A stretch of 64,000 nucleotides of DNA from Octopus bimaculoides (taxonomy: Eukaryota), in assembly GCF_001194135.2 (NCBI RefSeq), contig NC_069003.1, positions 20,121,313-20,185,312 of the forward strand. The letters run 5' to 3'. Shown here in pieces: positions 11,081 to 24,216 of the stretch. Within the stretch, counting starts at the first letter, position 1; every line of letters starts with the position of its first letter. The position numbers and the translations under genes are program-made. A model generated the notes under the pieces. It was not told the DNA's origin and did not search any database. It worked only from the letters and a program-made list of their open reading frames with translations.

Positions 11081-11725
11081 AAGGTACCTTTGTGTTATAG
11101 ACAGCATCTGTATACTGAAAGGTACCATTGTGCTGGATAGTATCTGTATGCTGAAAGGTATTTTGTGCCAGAAGATACTTGTGTCCTGGCTGGTACCTGT
11201 GTGCAGGAAGATACCTTTGTGTTGAAAGGGATCTGTGTGTTGGATGGTATCTGTGTGCTGGAAGGTACCTGTGTGTTAGATAGTACCTGTATGCTGGGAA
11301 GTACTTTTGTGTTGGAAGAGATCTGTGTGCTGGAAGATACCTTTGTGTTGGAAGGTACCTGTGTGCTGGAAGGTACTTGTGTGCTGGAAGGTACTTGTGT
11401 GCTGGAAGGTACCTTTGTGTTGGAAGGTACCTGTGTGCTGGAAGGTACTTGTTTGCTAGAAGGTACTTGTGTGCTGGAAGGTACTTGTTTGTTGGAAGGT
11501 ACCTGTGTGCTGGAAGGTACCTGTGTGCTGAAAGGTACCTGTGGTGTGCTGGAAGGTACCTGTGGTGTGCTGGAAGGTACCTGTGTGCTGGAAGGTCCCT
11601 GTGTTGGAAGGGATCTGTGTGTTGGATGGTGTCTGTGTTCTGGAAGGTACCTGGATGCTGGAAATACCTTTGAGATGAAAGGTACCTTAGTGGTGGAAGG
11701 TACCTTTGTGCTGGGAGGTACCTAT
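11081..11725. repeat. 18-bp minisatellite (gtgctggaaggtacctgt)n just downstream of the MYSM1 stop
   Basis: Roughly 35 tandem units, most with a GGTACC palindrome. One frame reads (VLEGTC)n. Confidence 0.9.
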
Positions 11726-12189
11726 GACTTTCTCTGGGCCCCTCTGTTCAAGTCAGGTCATGGTATACAGCTAGGTTTTAATTCTCATCAATTAAGAGAC
11801 TATTTGATATCCTGGGTGTTATTGTTAGGCTAGTAGCCATTTTGCTTTGCTGTAAGGACTACTACATTAGTTCAACTGTATTCAAGGACATTGGTGGTTG
11901 CGGGTTTATCCAAAAGATAAAAAAAAAGGAGAGTGATTAAAATTAAACTAAAACCCTGTGAGATTGCCAGCCAGAAACTTAAGGCACTGGAGTTTTGAGA
12001 TCTGTGAAGCAGTTTAGACTCAGTGATAAAGAGTTTATAAAATACTTAGAAAAATGATGTAAGTCTCTCATTTCAAGGCAGCAAATCTATCTGTCTATTT
12101 ATCAATATGTCTGTCTATTTATCTGTTTACCTTTCTGTCCATTTGTCTGTCTGTTTGTTTGTCTATCTATCTTTCTAGATTATCATATA

Positions 12190-14600
12190 GCAAACTTTTA
12201 TGACCACAATGACCAAAAAGGAATCTATAGAAAATCTCATCGATAAAACCTATTCCTTTATACATCGCAGAGAAGAAGAAAGGATAAACAACACTACAAA
12301 TTGATGAGGAAATGCAGCATCTAGTTAAAACTCAGAAATACTCACCGTCAAATCTGGAACTGGTTAGATTCAAGGATGATCTTTGGAGTATAGATAAGGA
12401 CATCAAATTCTGCAAATTCCCTCTGAGGAGGAACCAACACCTTAGGAAACTACACACACTAGTGAAGGAACTCAAAAACAAAAAATTATTTAAGTTCTTC
12501 ACAGGCAGCAGGCTATCCATCTCTATAGAGGACAAACATACCATAGTCAACTTCTTCAATGTTGCACTGGATCTGAGCACCAGCTTATTCAAACCATATC
12601 ACAAACCTAATGACAACCTTAAGTACACAAACTTCAGTGGTAATCACCTCAAGTGAATAACTCAATCCATAGTCAAAAACATTTCCACTCATTTATCTAG
12701 ACTGTTAGCTAATGAAGAGATATTTAAATTAAACGAGAAATACTATAACAACACAATAGAAGAAGCAAGGATACAAAGATAAAGATAAGGTAACCCAATA
12801 GGTAACAAATTACAGCCAAAAGAATAACCACAACAATCCAATGAACCCCCATAAGAGGATTGAGAAAACAATAAGAAAAGAGAGGGATAAATTCAAAGGA
12901 TACAACCAAAAAATGTGCAGCTCAAAAAGCAGTAATAAAGGGGACATGAATGAATCTTGGATGGAACTCCTAAGTAAAAGTAACGGTAAAAGTAATACTA
13001 AGCTGAGCATTAGAAATGCACAAAACTACCCAGATGTATATATACAGAGAACACTACCAAGAAATACGTTAACATTAGCTTCACTCTGGGAACAGCCACT
13101 ACGGAAGAAGGAAAGGTCTAACATTATCAACTACACTGCACATAATGGAACTGCCCAAGATAATAGGAATTCCAGGACTACTTTATGGTACAATTCTGTA
13201 TTCAGGAAACAAATATTTTCCAACATTCCTAAGCTGTTCTACAGTGCGATTGAGAAACACTTCCTCAAGTGAAACAAATACCATAGAATATTCAATAGGC
13301 ATAATGTCCACCTTGCATCTTCCTTTAGCCAAAACTTAGTGCAAATCATAGCAGCACACAACATGAAAAGACTATCTTTCTTTTAAATGACCAATGACAA
13401 TAGTAGACTAGACAGGAGAAACAACCCTAATAATGAGAATATAGGTGAGAGTAACCCAAGTAAAAGAACCGGAACAATAACCAGAGAGACTCAAGTACTA
13501 ACACCACACAAACACTCAATGTTGAGGAGAATAGCTATATAGGATGGGCCAGTAATTCAGGGGAGACAACTACAATACAAGCCTCTACCACCACCGGACA
13601 GGGTAGGGGAATTGCTAGAAATAACAGCACACAAAAGCCATATGGATAAAAAGTATAGAAAAAATAGTAGATCGATAATAAAGAAAACAGCAGAGACATA
13701 TAGTAGGAACACCATAAATAGTGGGAACAGTGAGTTAAGTGTCTGTGATTGTCCTGGGGATAAAATCTGCTCCTTAGAATCTAAATGTTTAACAGAGAAC
13801 CTAGTAATAATACATTTCTAAATCTCTCAGAGAGATTTATGGAGTAGCAGCATGTTAAAGTGATAGCATGTTGTCAACTTAATGTGACAGTCCAATGAAA
13901 GGGAAGAATGCTACTGTTATTTAGCCCTAGGAGAAACCGTTTCCTGTTGGACTTGACATATTTCCTGCATCCAGAGCAATGATTCTGAAACTAGTCTCTG
14001 GATGCTGGCTTTGCTGGGCAGAGATGCTTATCTTCACTTTGAAAGCATAAGGACACAGGAAATGTGTCAAGTCCAACAGGAAACGGTATTTCTTAGGGCT
14101 AAATAACAGTAGCATTCTTCCCTTTCATTGGACTGTCACATTAAGTTGACAACATACTATCACTTTGAAGAACCTAGTGTATTGATGTAAGATCATATCT
14201 GAAGGAAGGACATACTTTTACATAGGGGTGACTCACTAATTTCGAAAGACAACCCAGCAGATCATTTAATGATAGGAATAAGATGAACAACATGAGCTTA
14301 AACAGACTAATCTGGTTCCTCAAAGATAAGAATGATATATTTACTACAGATAGGGAAATAATCAGTGTGGCTAAACTGTATAGAACAGGGGAGAAACAGA
14401 TGCGAATTATGTATAGAAGAAAGGTACCAAATCTTTGCATCAGGACACCAATTACTTAATAGTAGACTAGAACAGGCCTTAAGATACACAAACATCACAG
14501 AACTTTTGAGAAATTTCAAACATGTACTGAGTAACTTAGTATCTCATGCACCAAGGGGAGGTGATGAAGGGTAGAGATTCATGTCCAGAACTCCTCAACT
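12190..14600 (+). mobile_element. Internally deleted, degenerate Penelope-like element
   Basis: N-terminal SPSNLELVRFKDDL..IKF joined to RT-thumb VNFFNVALDL..FKPYHKPNDN, then LWYNS..IEKHF..YHRIFNRHNV, C..C.L..KCLTENLV, and GIY-YIG tail LCIEERYQI..LLNSRLE. Many stops and frameshifts. Confidence 0.75.
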
Positions 14601-15543
14601 TCAAATCCTCATCCCAACAAACCTAGTATATGTTCTTTTTTCTTTCCCTTATCTACCATAATAAATACCACAGCTACGGAAATTTTGCAGTAACTAATAA
14701 CTTGACATGGAAATGCACCACCCTAAAATATATTTTCATCATCATCATCATCGTTTAACATCCGCTTTCCATGCTAGCATGGGTTGGACGATTTGACTGA
14801 GGACTGGTGAAACCAGATGGCTACACCAGGCTCCAATCTGATTTGGCAGAATTTCTACAGCTGGATGCCCTTCCTAATGCCAACCACTCCAAGGGTGTAG
14901 TGGGTGCTTTTATGTGCCACTGGCATGAAGGCCAGTCAGGCGTAGAACTAATTACTTGCAACTAAGCATATTAAGAACCATATCCTACATTATAAGAAAT
15001 AAGCCTGCTAATATGATAAAATACAATTTGACCTAATTAGATAGTATTCCAACTTCAACCAGAAAACTGGTGTGAAGCTGAGGTGAACACTAGAATCTAC
15101 AACCATATCAGATTTCAGATTCAAAATAGCTTCTCCCCTCACTTCCTTCTGAATCCTAACCACTAAAAAATAAGTGAATTCAGTCCTCTTTGAGCCAAGC
15201 TGGTTGAAAGACACTGAACAAAGCTACACAAATAATTATGCCTTGGTGCATAAGCAACTGCACGTGCCCTGTGCAGCAGAAACATATAGGTTGCCGTAAC
15301 AATAAAAATATGTGGTAAGACAAACTGTAAAGTAAAAGATATATTTTGAGGATGTACCAGTCTCTGTATTCCTTATCATTATAATCATTGTATATATATA
15401 TATATATTTTACGATGAAAGTAAACAAAGTTTGTTTTTTTGTTTTGTTTTTTAGAAGCGTTGAGATGTATTGTAAGATACAGAAATAGATTTATTTCTCA
15501 AACGTGTGAAAATGCTATAAATAGAGTGATCAGGATAAATTAT

Positions 15544-15582
<39 letters not shown>

Positions 15583-15668
15583 ATACTGTGAAACTTAATT
15601 TTATTTTAATTTTTAATAAATTGATTTTAATTGAGTTTTTACCTGTAATTTTGGATTTTTACCCCTAA

Positions 15669-15728
<60 letters not shown>

Positions 15729-17269
15729 ATGTCTGTCTGTCTAGTTATATGTTAATCTGTCTATCTATCTACCTCCTTATCTGTCTATCAGTTTCTCTCT
15801 AATCTCTCGTACACACATGCACAGAAGGAAAATAAATATTTGAATATTGCCCAACCCTTACTAGCATGGAAAAACACATGAAACAAAAGTGTGAGTGCAT
15901 GTTTGTATGAATATTCATACCATAATGTGCTGCACCAGTAATTATGGGCTATGAAATCCTGGGGAAAATATCATTCATGTATGATGTGCACTGATGTTTC
16001 CTTTAGTATTATGATGCAGTTGAAAAAGAAATTTTTAGTCAGATTTATTATAATTGCTGTCTAAATGACATTGAAGGAATTAATGCATTTTAAGCAAAAC
16101 AAAAAGCAAATTTGAAAGTGACCTTTTGAATTTTACCGGTGTAGGCTGTAAAAGTGTACCTTCTGTAAAGTAAACACAGTGAAAAAAAATACAATATTTC
16201 TCTTCATTTTTCAATTCTTTTTTGTTTAATCAGAATTTTAATAAAATGAAACATGACCTTTTAAATTTTCAGGAAGTGTAAAAACATTTGAAACCACTCC
16301 ATCAAGTTTGATGGCATAAAAAGAATGGACACATTAAGGCAAAAAAAAAAGGTTTTAGTTCATTAAAGTTTATGGGACACCCAACTTCACATATAGGACC
16401 CAGGACAATTTTTTGAGATAGTTATTTCTGGAAAGAAAAGTGTGTCTTATATGGCATGTGTGTGTGTGTGTGTATGTATAACTATATATATATGTGTGTG
16501 TATGTTTATATTTATGTATATATAGCTATATATATAGAATGACCAGATGAGATGGAGAGAATCTCTATAGAAAACACTTAGTAGCGCTCAAATGCTTGGA
16601 CTTACATTCCAATATCTTTACTGAGGACCCAAGTCAACAGGATAAAGAGTGGCTATAAAGGGAACCCAAGTGAGCTGATATGGAGACAGTGATTCCATTC
16701 CAATAAAGAGATGAAACTTCGGGTTTCAATGTACAAAATATATAGACATGTATATGTGTAAAAAATGAAGGAAGACTTAAAATTTTCAGGTAATTAACAA
16801 TCAAGTATATATATATATATATATATATATATCATCATCATCATCATTGTTTAACATCTGCTTTCCATGCTGGCATGGGTTGGATGATTTGACTGAGGGC
16901 TGGCAAACCAGAAGTCTGCACCGGGCTCCAATCTGATCTGGCAAAGTTTCTACAGCTGGATGCCCTTCCTAATGCCAACCACTCCAAGAGTGTAGTGGGG
17001 GCTTTTTATGTGCTACAGGCATGAGTGTCAGTCAGGCTGTACTGGTATCGACCATGCTTGAATGGTGCTTTTTACGTGCCACTGGCATGGGTGCCAATCA
17101 AGCGGTACTGTCATCGGCCACAACAATGACTTTGCTTGACTCAACAGGTCTTTGCAACTTCAGTTTATTGCCCAATGATTGAAGGGTACTCTTAAATGGA
17201 CTGGTTATGCTGCACTGGCATAGGCCACGGTTACAGTCTCACTTGGCTTGCTGGTCTGACATTACACAT

Positions 17270-17580
17270 CCAGCGGAGCAAACTAGCTTCGTTCTTTGCA
17301 AGCTTACTCATGTCCTCAGCAGTCATGGCCCATGTTTCACTGCCATGTAGCATGGCTGTTCGCACACATATCATACAGTCTACCTTTTACTCTGAGCGAG
17401 AGGCCCTTTGTCTTCAGCAAATAGCTCGCTGAACTTTGCCCAGGCTATTCTTATTCTAGAAGCTACACTCTCAGAGCATCCACCCCCACTACTGACTTGG
17501 TCACCTAGGTAATGGAAGCTATCAACTACTTGTAGTTTTTCCCTCTGGCATGTGACAGAAGCTGTTTTCTGCACATTTTC
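17270..17580 (-). mobile_element. RTE-clade LINE RT fragment
   Basis: EKLQVVDSFHYLGDQVSSGGGCSESVASRIRIAWAKF. Confidence 0.75.
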
Positions 17581-17589
17581 AGATTTTCA

Positions 17590-17800
17590 GTGTTTATTGC
17601 CCCAGAGCATTTGCCACAATGGTTTCCCTTCATGACAGAATTAATAGTCAAGACTATTTAAGCATTTTATCTGATCAGATTCATCCTATGGTTGCAGAAC
17701 TTTTTCCGGAGGGAAATACAATCTTTCAGGATGATAATGCACCAACTCACACCGCTAAATTTGTTACTGAATGGCACGAGGAACATTCCAACCACTTTAC
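17590..17800 (+). mobile_element. Tc1 (DD34E) transposase fragment
   Basis: RINSQDYLSILSDQIHPMV..IFQDDNAPTHTAK. Confidence 0.8.
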
Positions 17801-18260
17801 AGAGTGTACTGGGTGCTTATACGTAGCATTGGCATGGGTGTTTTTTACATGGCACCACCACCTATGAGTCCACAAGATTAGGAATGCTCAGCTGGAGAGG
17901 GTTGCAGGAGATGAACCTGTATGCAAGGGCAACCACTGGCATAAAAGAGATATGGACATATGAGGTGCATTCCAAATTCAGCAGCAGGTGTTCTTGAGCA
18001 AAGCACTTCGTTTCATGTTGCTTTGCAATCATTTCGACATCTGACATGTTGCACCTGTACAAGTGATGTCGATCTGATGGAGGGAGTGAGCTTATGTGTA
18101 TACAAATATTTGATCACTATAAACAAATCATCTGTTTGGTTGTTTGGTAAGAAATTGTCGAACCCACATACATCGTCTAACGATTTTTCTGCATTATATG
18201 GATAATTCATCCTGATCACGCTATTTATAGCATTATCATGCGTTTGAGAAATAAATTTAT

Positions 18261-18301
<41 letters not shown>

Positions 18302-18305
18302 CATA

Positions 18306-18454
18306 GGTGCAGGAGTGGCTGTGTGGTAAGTAGCTTGCTTACCAACCACGTGGTTCTGGGTTCACCTTGGGCAAGTGTCTTCTACTATAGCCTCAGGCCG
18401 ACCAAAGCCTTGTGAGTGGATTTGGTAGACAGAAACTGAAAGAAGCCTGTCGTA

Positions 18455-18493
<39 letters not shown>

Positions 18494-18705
18494 TGTGTGT
18501 GTATATGTTTATGTGTCTGTGTTTGTCCCCCCAACATCGCTTGACAACTGATGCTGGTGTGTTTACGTCCCCGTAACTTAGCAGTTCGGCAAAGTGATCG
18601 ATAGAATAAGTACTAGGCTTACAAAGAATAAGTCCTAGGGTCGATTTACTCGACTAAGGCGGTGCTCCAGCATGGCCACAGTCAAATGACTGAAACAAGT
18701 AAAAG
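18306..18705 (+). mobile_element. tRNA-derived CORE-type SINE (best-preserved copy)
   Basis: ggtgcaggagtggctgtgtggtaag head, CORE-like accttgggcaagtgtcttctact, internal (TA)n and conserved tail ending gaaacaagtaaaag. Many partial copies elsewhere (about 10240, 18890, 25600, 27060, 34720, 60330). Confidence 0.8.
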
Positions 18706-19348
18706 AGATATATAGACATACTTTGTTACATATATAAGTAGATGTATACATATGTAAATATATATGTGTGTGTGTGTATGTACTCTTACTAGTTTCAGCT
18801 TGAGGGCTGAGGTCATGCAGGGGTCATATATCCATGTACCTATCTATCTATATATTTCTGTCTATATATACATACACACATATATTATATCTCTTTGTGT
18901 TTGTTTCCTACCACTGCTTGACAATCAGTGTTGATTTGTTTATGGCCCGGTAACTTTGTGGCTCAGCAAAAAATACTGATAGGATAAGTACCAGACTTAA
19001 ATAGAAAAATAAATACTGGGGCCAAATTGTTTGACTAAAACCTTCAAGATTGATTTATTTCAATGTATTTTCCCTTTTCTTGCTGCATGACAAAATCATC
19101 ATAAAACAATTGAAGCCAGTTGCATATTTCAACGAAAATGTAAATATTTTCTCTCTTCTCGTTAAGATAAAGTTCTCAAAGCAGTTTTTTTTTTAAATAT
19201 AAATTTATTCATATGAAACCACTTAACCCCTTTTATATATGAAGATAAATATTAAAGTAGAAGAGTTTACATGAAGCATTGTCTGATATAGATAAATGTT
19301 TTTAAATTTTTTAAAAAGACAAAACGACATGAATTATAAAAAATAATA

Positions 19349-20638
19349 CCAGGTTGAGTAAAAAGTAAGCACCGTTTTGAACCATGAAGAATTTGTACTG
19401 GATTTTTGCAGAATTTTGAATTATTTAAAAAATTGTTTTGCAATTGTCTGATAATATATAGACTTGCCCAAATGCATCAATAAATTAACATTGATATTTT
19501 TTCACCGTTGTTACAATCATCTGAAATGGAACTGTCGAAGCACGATATTCGAGCAATTTTGCTATTCAACTTCTAAAAAGGATGTAAAGCAGCTGAAACT
19601 GCTCATGATATCAACGAAACGTTTGGTAAGAAAATGACCAGTGAGTGGTCAGCTTGAAAATGGTTTAAACGATTTTGCAGTGGCGACCTGAGCCTTGAAG
19701 AGCATGAGCGTAGTGGACACCCTTCTGTCATCAATGACAGTCAATTAAAAACTGTTACTGAGGAAGATCCACATAAAACCACGCAAGGACTGGCAAAAGA
19801 ACTTCAAGTTAGCCAGAAAACTGCCTGCAACCATTTGTGTGCGATTGAAAAATCAGAAAAGCTCAACAAATGGATACCACACGATTTGAATGAAAATCAG
19901 AAAATGCACAGATATGAAATTTGCTTGTCACTTCTTCTCCATAACTTCTCGACTTGCTCATCACTTCTTGGCCGTATTGTAACTTGTGATGAAAAGTGGA
20001 CTCTGTACAATAATAAAAAATGTTCTTTGCAGTAGTTGGACCAAAATGAAGCATCGAAAACCTTCCCTAAACCTGAGCTCTTCAAAGAGAAGGTTATGGT
20101 GACTGTTTGGTGGTGTACTGCTAGACTCATGCACTATAACCTCTTAAAACCTGGAAAAACCATTACTGCAAAAACATATTGCCATGAAATTGCCAAAATG
20201 AATGAAAAACTGCCACTCCTCCATCCCAGACTGGTCAACAGAAGAGAACCAATTGTTCTTCATGCCAATGCTCAGCCACACATTTCACTAATGACACTTC
20301 AGAAGTTGAGGGAACTTGGCTACAAAGTTCTTCCCCACCCAGCTTATTCCCCAGACCTTTCTCCTACTGACTACCACTTTTCCAAGCACCTTGATGGTTT
20401 CCTGTGAAAGAAGGAGTTCAAAAATCAAACCAATGCTGAAAGTGCATTCAAAGAGTTCATCAGCTCCAGAACTCCAGATTTTTATTTATGTTACCGGAAT
20501 AAACAAACATGTAACTCATTAGCAAAAATGTGTTGATTGTAATGGTAGTTACTTTGATGAATAACATTTCCGCATTGTTGAAATATATTGTGATGAATTT
20601 CGTGTTTCAAAACATTGCTTACTTTTTATTCAACCTGA
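19349..20638 (+). mobile_element. Full-length mariner element with a dead transposase
   Basis: TIRs (TA)CCAGGTTGAGTAAAAAGTAAGCA and TGCTTACTTTTTATTCAACCTGA(TA). ATG at 19526; WIPHDL, TCDEKW and YSPDLSPTDY motifs; second catalytic Asp mutated (HANAQPH); several stops. Confidence 0.92.
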
Positions 20639-21394
20639 TACAAGCCAATGGTTTGTGTTATGATATTTTGGGGTTAGGAATTCTTCATCGGGAAATCATC
20701 AGAGATTTAGTGTTGTAAGCTGGCTTTTTTCTGTTCTGTAGTGTATCTATGGAGGCTTGCTTTGCATTGCTATCATAGTCAATCAGCTGTGTGAAGCTCG
20801 ATTCTGTTAATAGATGGACCAAAATAACAACCCTCTTGATAAAAAAAAGAAGCTAATTATATTTAATTTACCCCATATTGTAGTTTCAAGATCTGAGATA
20901 ATCTTTTGAAAATAAATAATGACGTCACAGTATTTATTGTCTTAACATCCCTTTGAAACTTGTTGCATTTACTTTTATTTCATAAGTAGTGGATACAGTA
21001 ATGATAACTGTTTCAGTTTTATAATTACTTACACCAAAACTGTATTCAAAAGGATTCTCCATCAGCATCATCATCATCGTTGTCTTTAATGTTCCATGCT
21101 TGCATAGATCAGGTGGATTTTATTGAAGCAGGTTTGTCTATTGCTGGATGTTATTCTTGTGGCCAACCCTCACCTGTTTCGAAGCATGACATGATATGTT
21201 TTCATGGAACATCACTTGGCATTTATGATGGTGATGCTTGTTTATAATTATTGCTTATAATCCATGATGTCAAGATAAGGACACACACACACACACACAC
21301 AAATATATATGTACCATATATGTACGTATGTGTGTGTGTGTGTGTATGCATACATGTATGTATATATTTATATGTCTATATAAATACACACATA

Positions 21395-22131
21395 TGTGGG
21401 TGGGCTGAAAAGTTCATAGGCTTACCATGAAGGAGTGATACTAGAGCTGTGAAATCTTGCATGTATTAATTTTAACCCCTTTTTATTAATAACTGCATTG
21501 TTTCTCTCCAGGTAAACTGACATCTCACTGTTCAAAGAAGGCTTCAAAAGTAACTAGTTGTGATTTCTCTTGAAATGGGGAAAATTTGGCACCATGGTGT
21601 TATCAAGTATCTGCAGAAAAAGGGTTTAGTCCTAAGGACATTAATGCTGACATGGTTGCTACATTAGGGGATGACACCCCAGCTTTATCAACAGCGCAAA
21701 AGTGAGCAGTTGCATTTAGGAGAGGAAAAGAGGGTCTTGAAGATGACCCAAGGTCTGGATGTCCTGCAGCAGCTACCATCAAGGAAAATATTGATTGTGT
21801 TCACCACACAGTGATGAATGACAGGCAATTGAATATAAATCGAATAGCCAATGTTAATATATCTTGTGTGAAAGTTGAGAATATTCTTCACAATTAACTT
21901 GGCATGACGAAGGTTTCTGTTTGGTGGGTGCCATGTCTTCTGACAGCTGATGAAAAGTGCACCAGGCTGATCACATCAGGGGAAAATCTGACATTGTTTG
22001 AGGTAGATCCAGATAGTTTCCTTGAATGTTTCCTCTGCCAATGGCTTCATCGCTTAGAGCCAGACAGAAAGAGACCATACACATACATGGTCACATTCCA
22101 TGAGAGTATCTTGGTCAGCCTATGAACTTTT
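21395..22131 (+). mobile_element. Internally deleted mariner (irritans-like), copy 1
   Basis: TIR gggctgaaaagttcataggct and gtcagcctatgaactttt; KVSVWWVPCLL (WVPRLL-type) motif. Confidence 0.85.
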
Positions 22132-23047
22132 GTGTGTATTCATTGTGAGCAACCAAAGCAGTATTAGTTCAAAGTAGCAATTTGTGTATTGTATTTAAAG
22201 CAGATACTTTTAGAAGCCTGCTAAACTGCAGTATCTATCTTTGAGATAGCATCTCTTACAGACGTATAGTGTTGAAAAAAAAACCCATAGAAATATATTA
22301 CCAATAGCAGACAAAATTCATCCAGCAGCAAGACAAATAACATTGTGCTCAGATGATAACTTCATAAATGAACAAAGAAAACATTGCAACAATTCCAAAC
22401 TGAAGTGCAAAATGGAAAACTGTAACTTCAACTGTCCACAATGCAAAATGAACCATCTGTACCACAGTAAGCATGCTCAGGTGAAAAGAGTAAATCCACA
22501 ACACTGAGTTGATGTATATCTAATGTCTCTTGATAAAGTGCCTCCCGATGAATCAACATAAGCTTAAATAATAAACAATGTGGGAGGGAAAAACATCACA
22601 TGATAGAATCATGCGCATTGATTGGATGATACTTAATAAACAATGTTTTGTGTCATGACAATTAGAGTTGTCTCAGTAAATACATATTTCTGCTTCTTTG
22701 GACTTTGTCAATAGTGAGTTTTCATCAGCAACCACATGCAGAGACAAAACCAGCCTCTACTGATATAGCAAAACAATGTTGCAATTAACCATCGAAAAAT
22801 ATGTCCTGATTAAGGGAAAATGTCATGTTGCTTGTGAACAGATCAGGGGTGGTGACAGGAAGATCTTTCTACCATAAGTCTGTCTTGACAAATTTCATTT
22901 GATTCATACAAGCATGGAAAAGTAGATGTGCAAGCAGTGATAACAATACTGACGATGATGGTGGTGATGGTGGTGTGGTGGTAATGATGATGTTCATGAT
23001 GGTGGTGTTGGTGGGTGTTTAAATTACTAACATGACTCTGATAGGAT

Positions 23048-23370
23048 TTAATCATTACATTGTTTCCTGTAATCCCATTCTTTTATCCTTTTCCACCATC
23101 CCCACCAGTTACTCTGTAGGGGCATGTTGTTGACCAGATTCAAATATTCATCACGTGTTTTATTAAAATGCCATTCTTCCAAGCAGGCATATGGTAAGTT
23201 TCTATAGAATTTGTTTGCAAACAGATATTTTTCTAAAGTAATTCGTTTGAGGTCTTGAAGTCCAAAAACACATACAGCACGTCTATAAGATCCGTAACAT
23301 ATATTTTTGTCTTTATTTTCTGTTTGCCAAACAACATGTTTTGCCAGTTTGTAAATCTGAGAATATGAAC
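23048..23370 (-). CDS. GCNT-family glycosyltransferase, terminal exon copy 2 (distal; alternative last exon or relic)
   Basis: Acceptor tttcaatttattccag, same phase 1, open for 107 codons. (S)SYSQIYKLAKHVVWQTENKDKNICYGSYRRAVCVFGLQDLKRITLEKYLFANKFYRNLPYACLEEWHFNKTRDEYLNLVNNMPLQSNWWGWWKRIKEWDYRKQCND*. Confidence 0.82.
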
Positions 23371-24216
23371 CTGGAATAAATTGAAATATATAACTATATC
23401 AGAAGAAATAAGATACATCAATACATGAAATAACACTGTGTAACATGGTTTTTGTCCTTGGGGAGTAACTGTTATTTCCTATTTGCTTACCCCTAGAAAG
23501 TATGAAAAACGGCTGATATTTCCTTCAAATTTTGCTTTTGTTACATTTATTCAAACCCCAAAGAATATTTCTCAATACATGGCTAAGATGCTCCCCCATT
23601 ACTCCTGCTCATGATCAGAGATGCACATATTGTCAGCCATTAAAGGACATGCCCAAGTGGTTAATGTCAAGCAACTGACCAGCAAATCTGTGGTATTGAG
23701 CAGAATATTTGCTATAACAAGATTTCTGCTTCAGCAACTCAGCACTGAATCTGTCTGAAATGTAATGGAAAGTAGGTCAGTTTCAAAACATTGATGTCCA
23801 GGTCACAAAAGCAAAGTTTGAAGGGAATAGTAGTCATTTCCTTTGGTTTCTAGATAGAAGCAAAGAGGAAATAACACTTACTCACCAAAGATAAAAACAA
23901 AGATTAAAATTTTGTTACACAGTATGCAAGCTGGCAGAATGGTTAGCACATTGAACGAAATGCTTGGTGGCACTTTTTCTGGCTCTTTATCTTCTGAATT
24001 CAAATCCAGCCAAGGTCAAATTTGCCTTTCATAACTTTGGGATCAATAAAATGAAGTACCAGTCCAATACTGGGGCTGATATAATTGATTTGTCACCTCC
24101 CTTCAGAATTACTGGCCTTGAACCTTGTAACTGATCAGCATCCCATTTAGAGAAAATATCGTGATACCAGTCACTTAATATGCCATGAAACCTAGGTTGT
24201 TACCTTATGGGTCCTA

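Noticed and set aside
11081-11725. CRISPR-like array
   Set aside because: Units are directly adjacent with no unique spacers, there are no cas genes and the context is eukaryotic.
20036-20407. SETMAR-like host gene
   Set aside because: No SET domain; it lies within TIR-bounded mariner DNA with stops and a mutated catalytic Asp.
22370-22510. Cys/His-rich reading HCNNSKLKCKMENCNFNCPQCKMNHLYHSKH
   Set aside because: Short, no convincing splice sites or start, and spacing fits no zinc-finger family I recognise.
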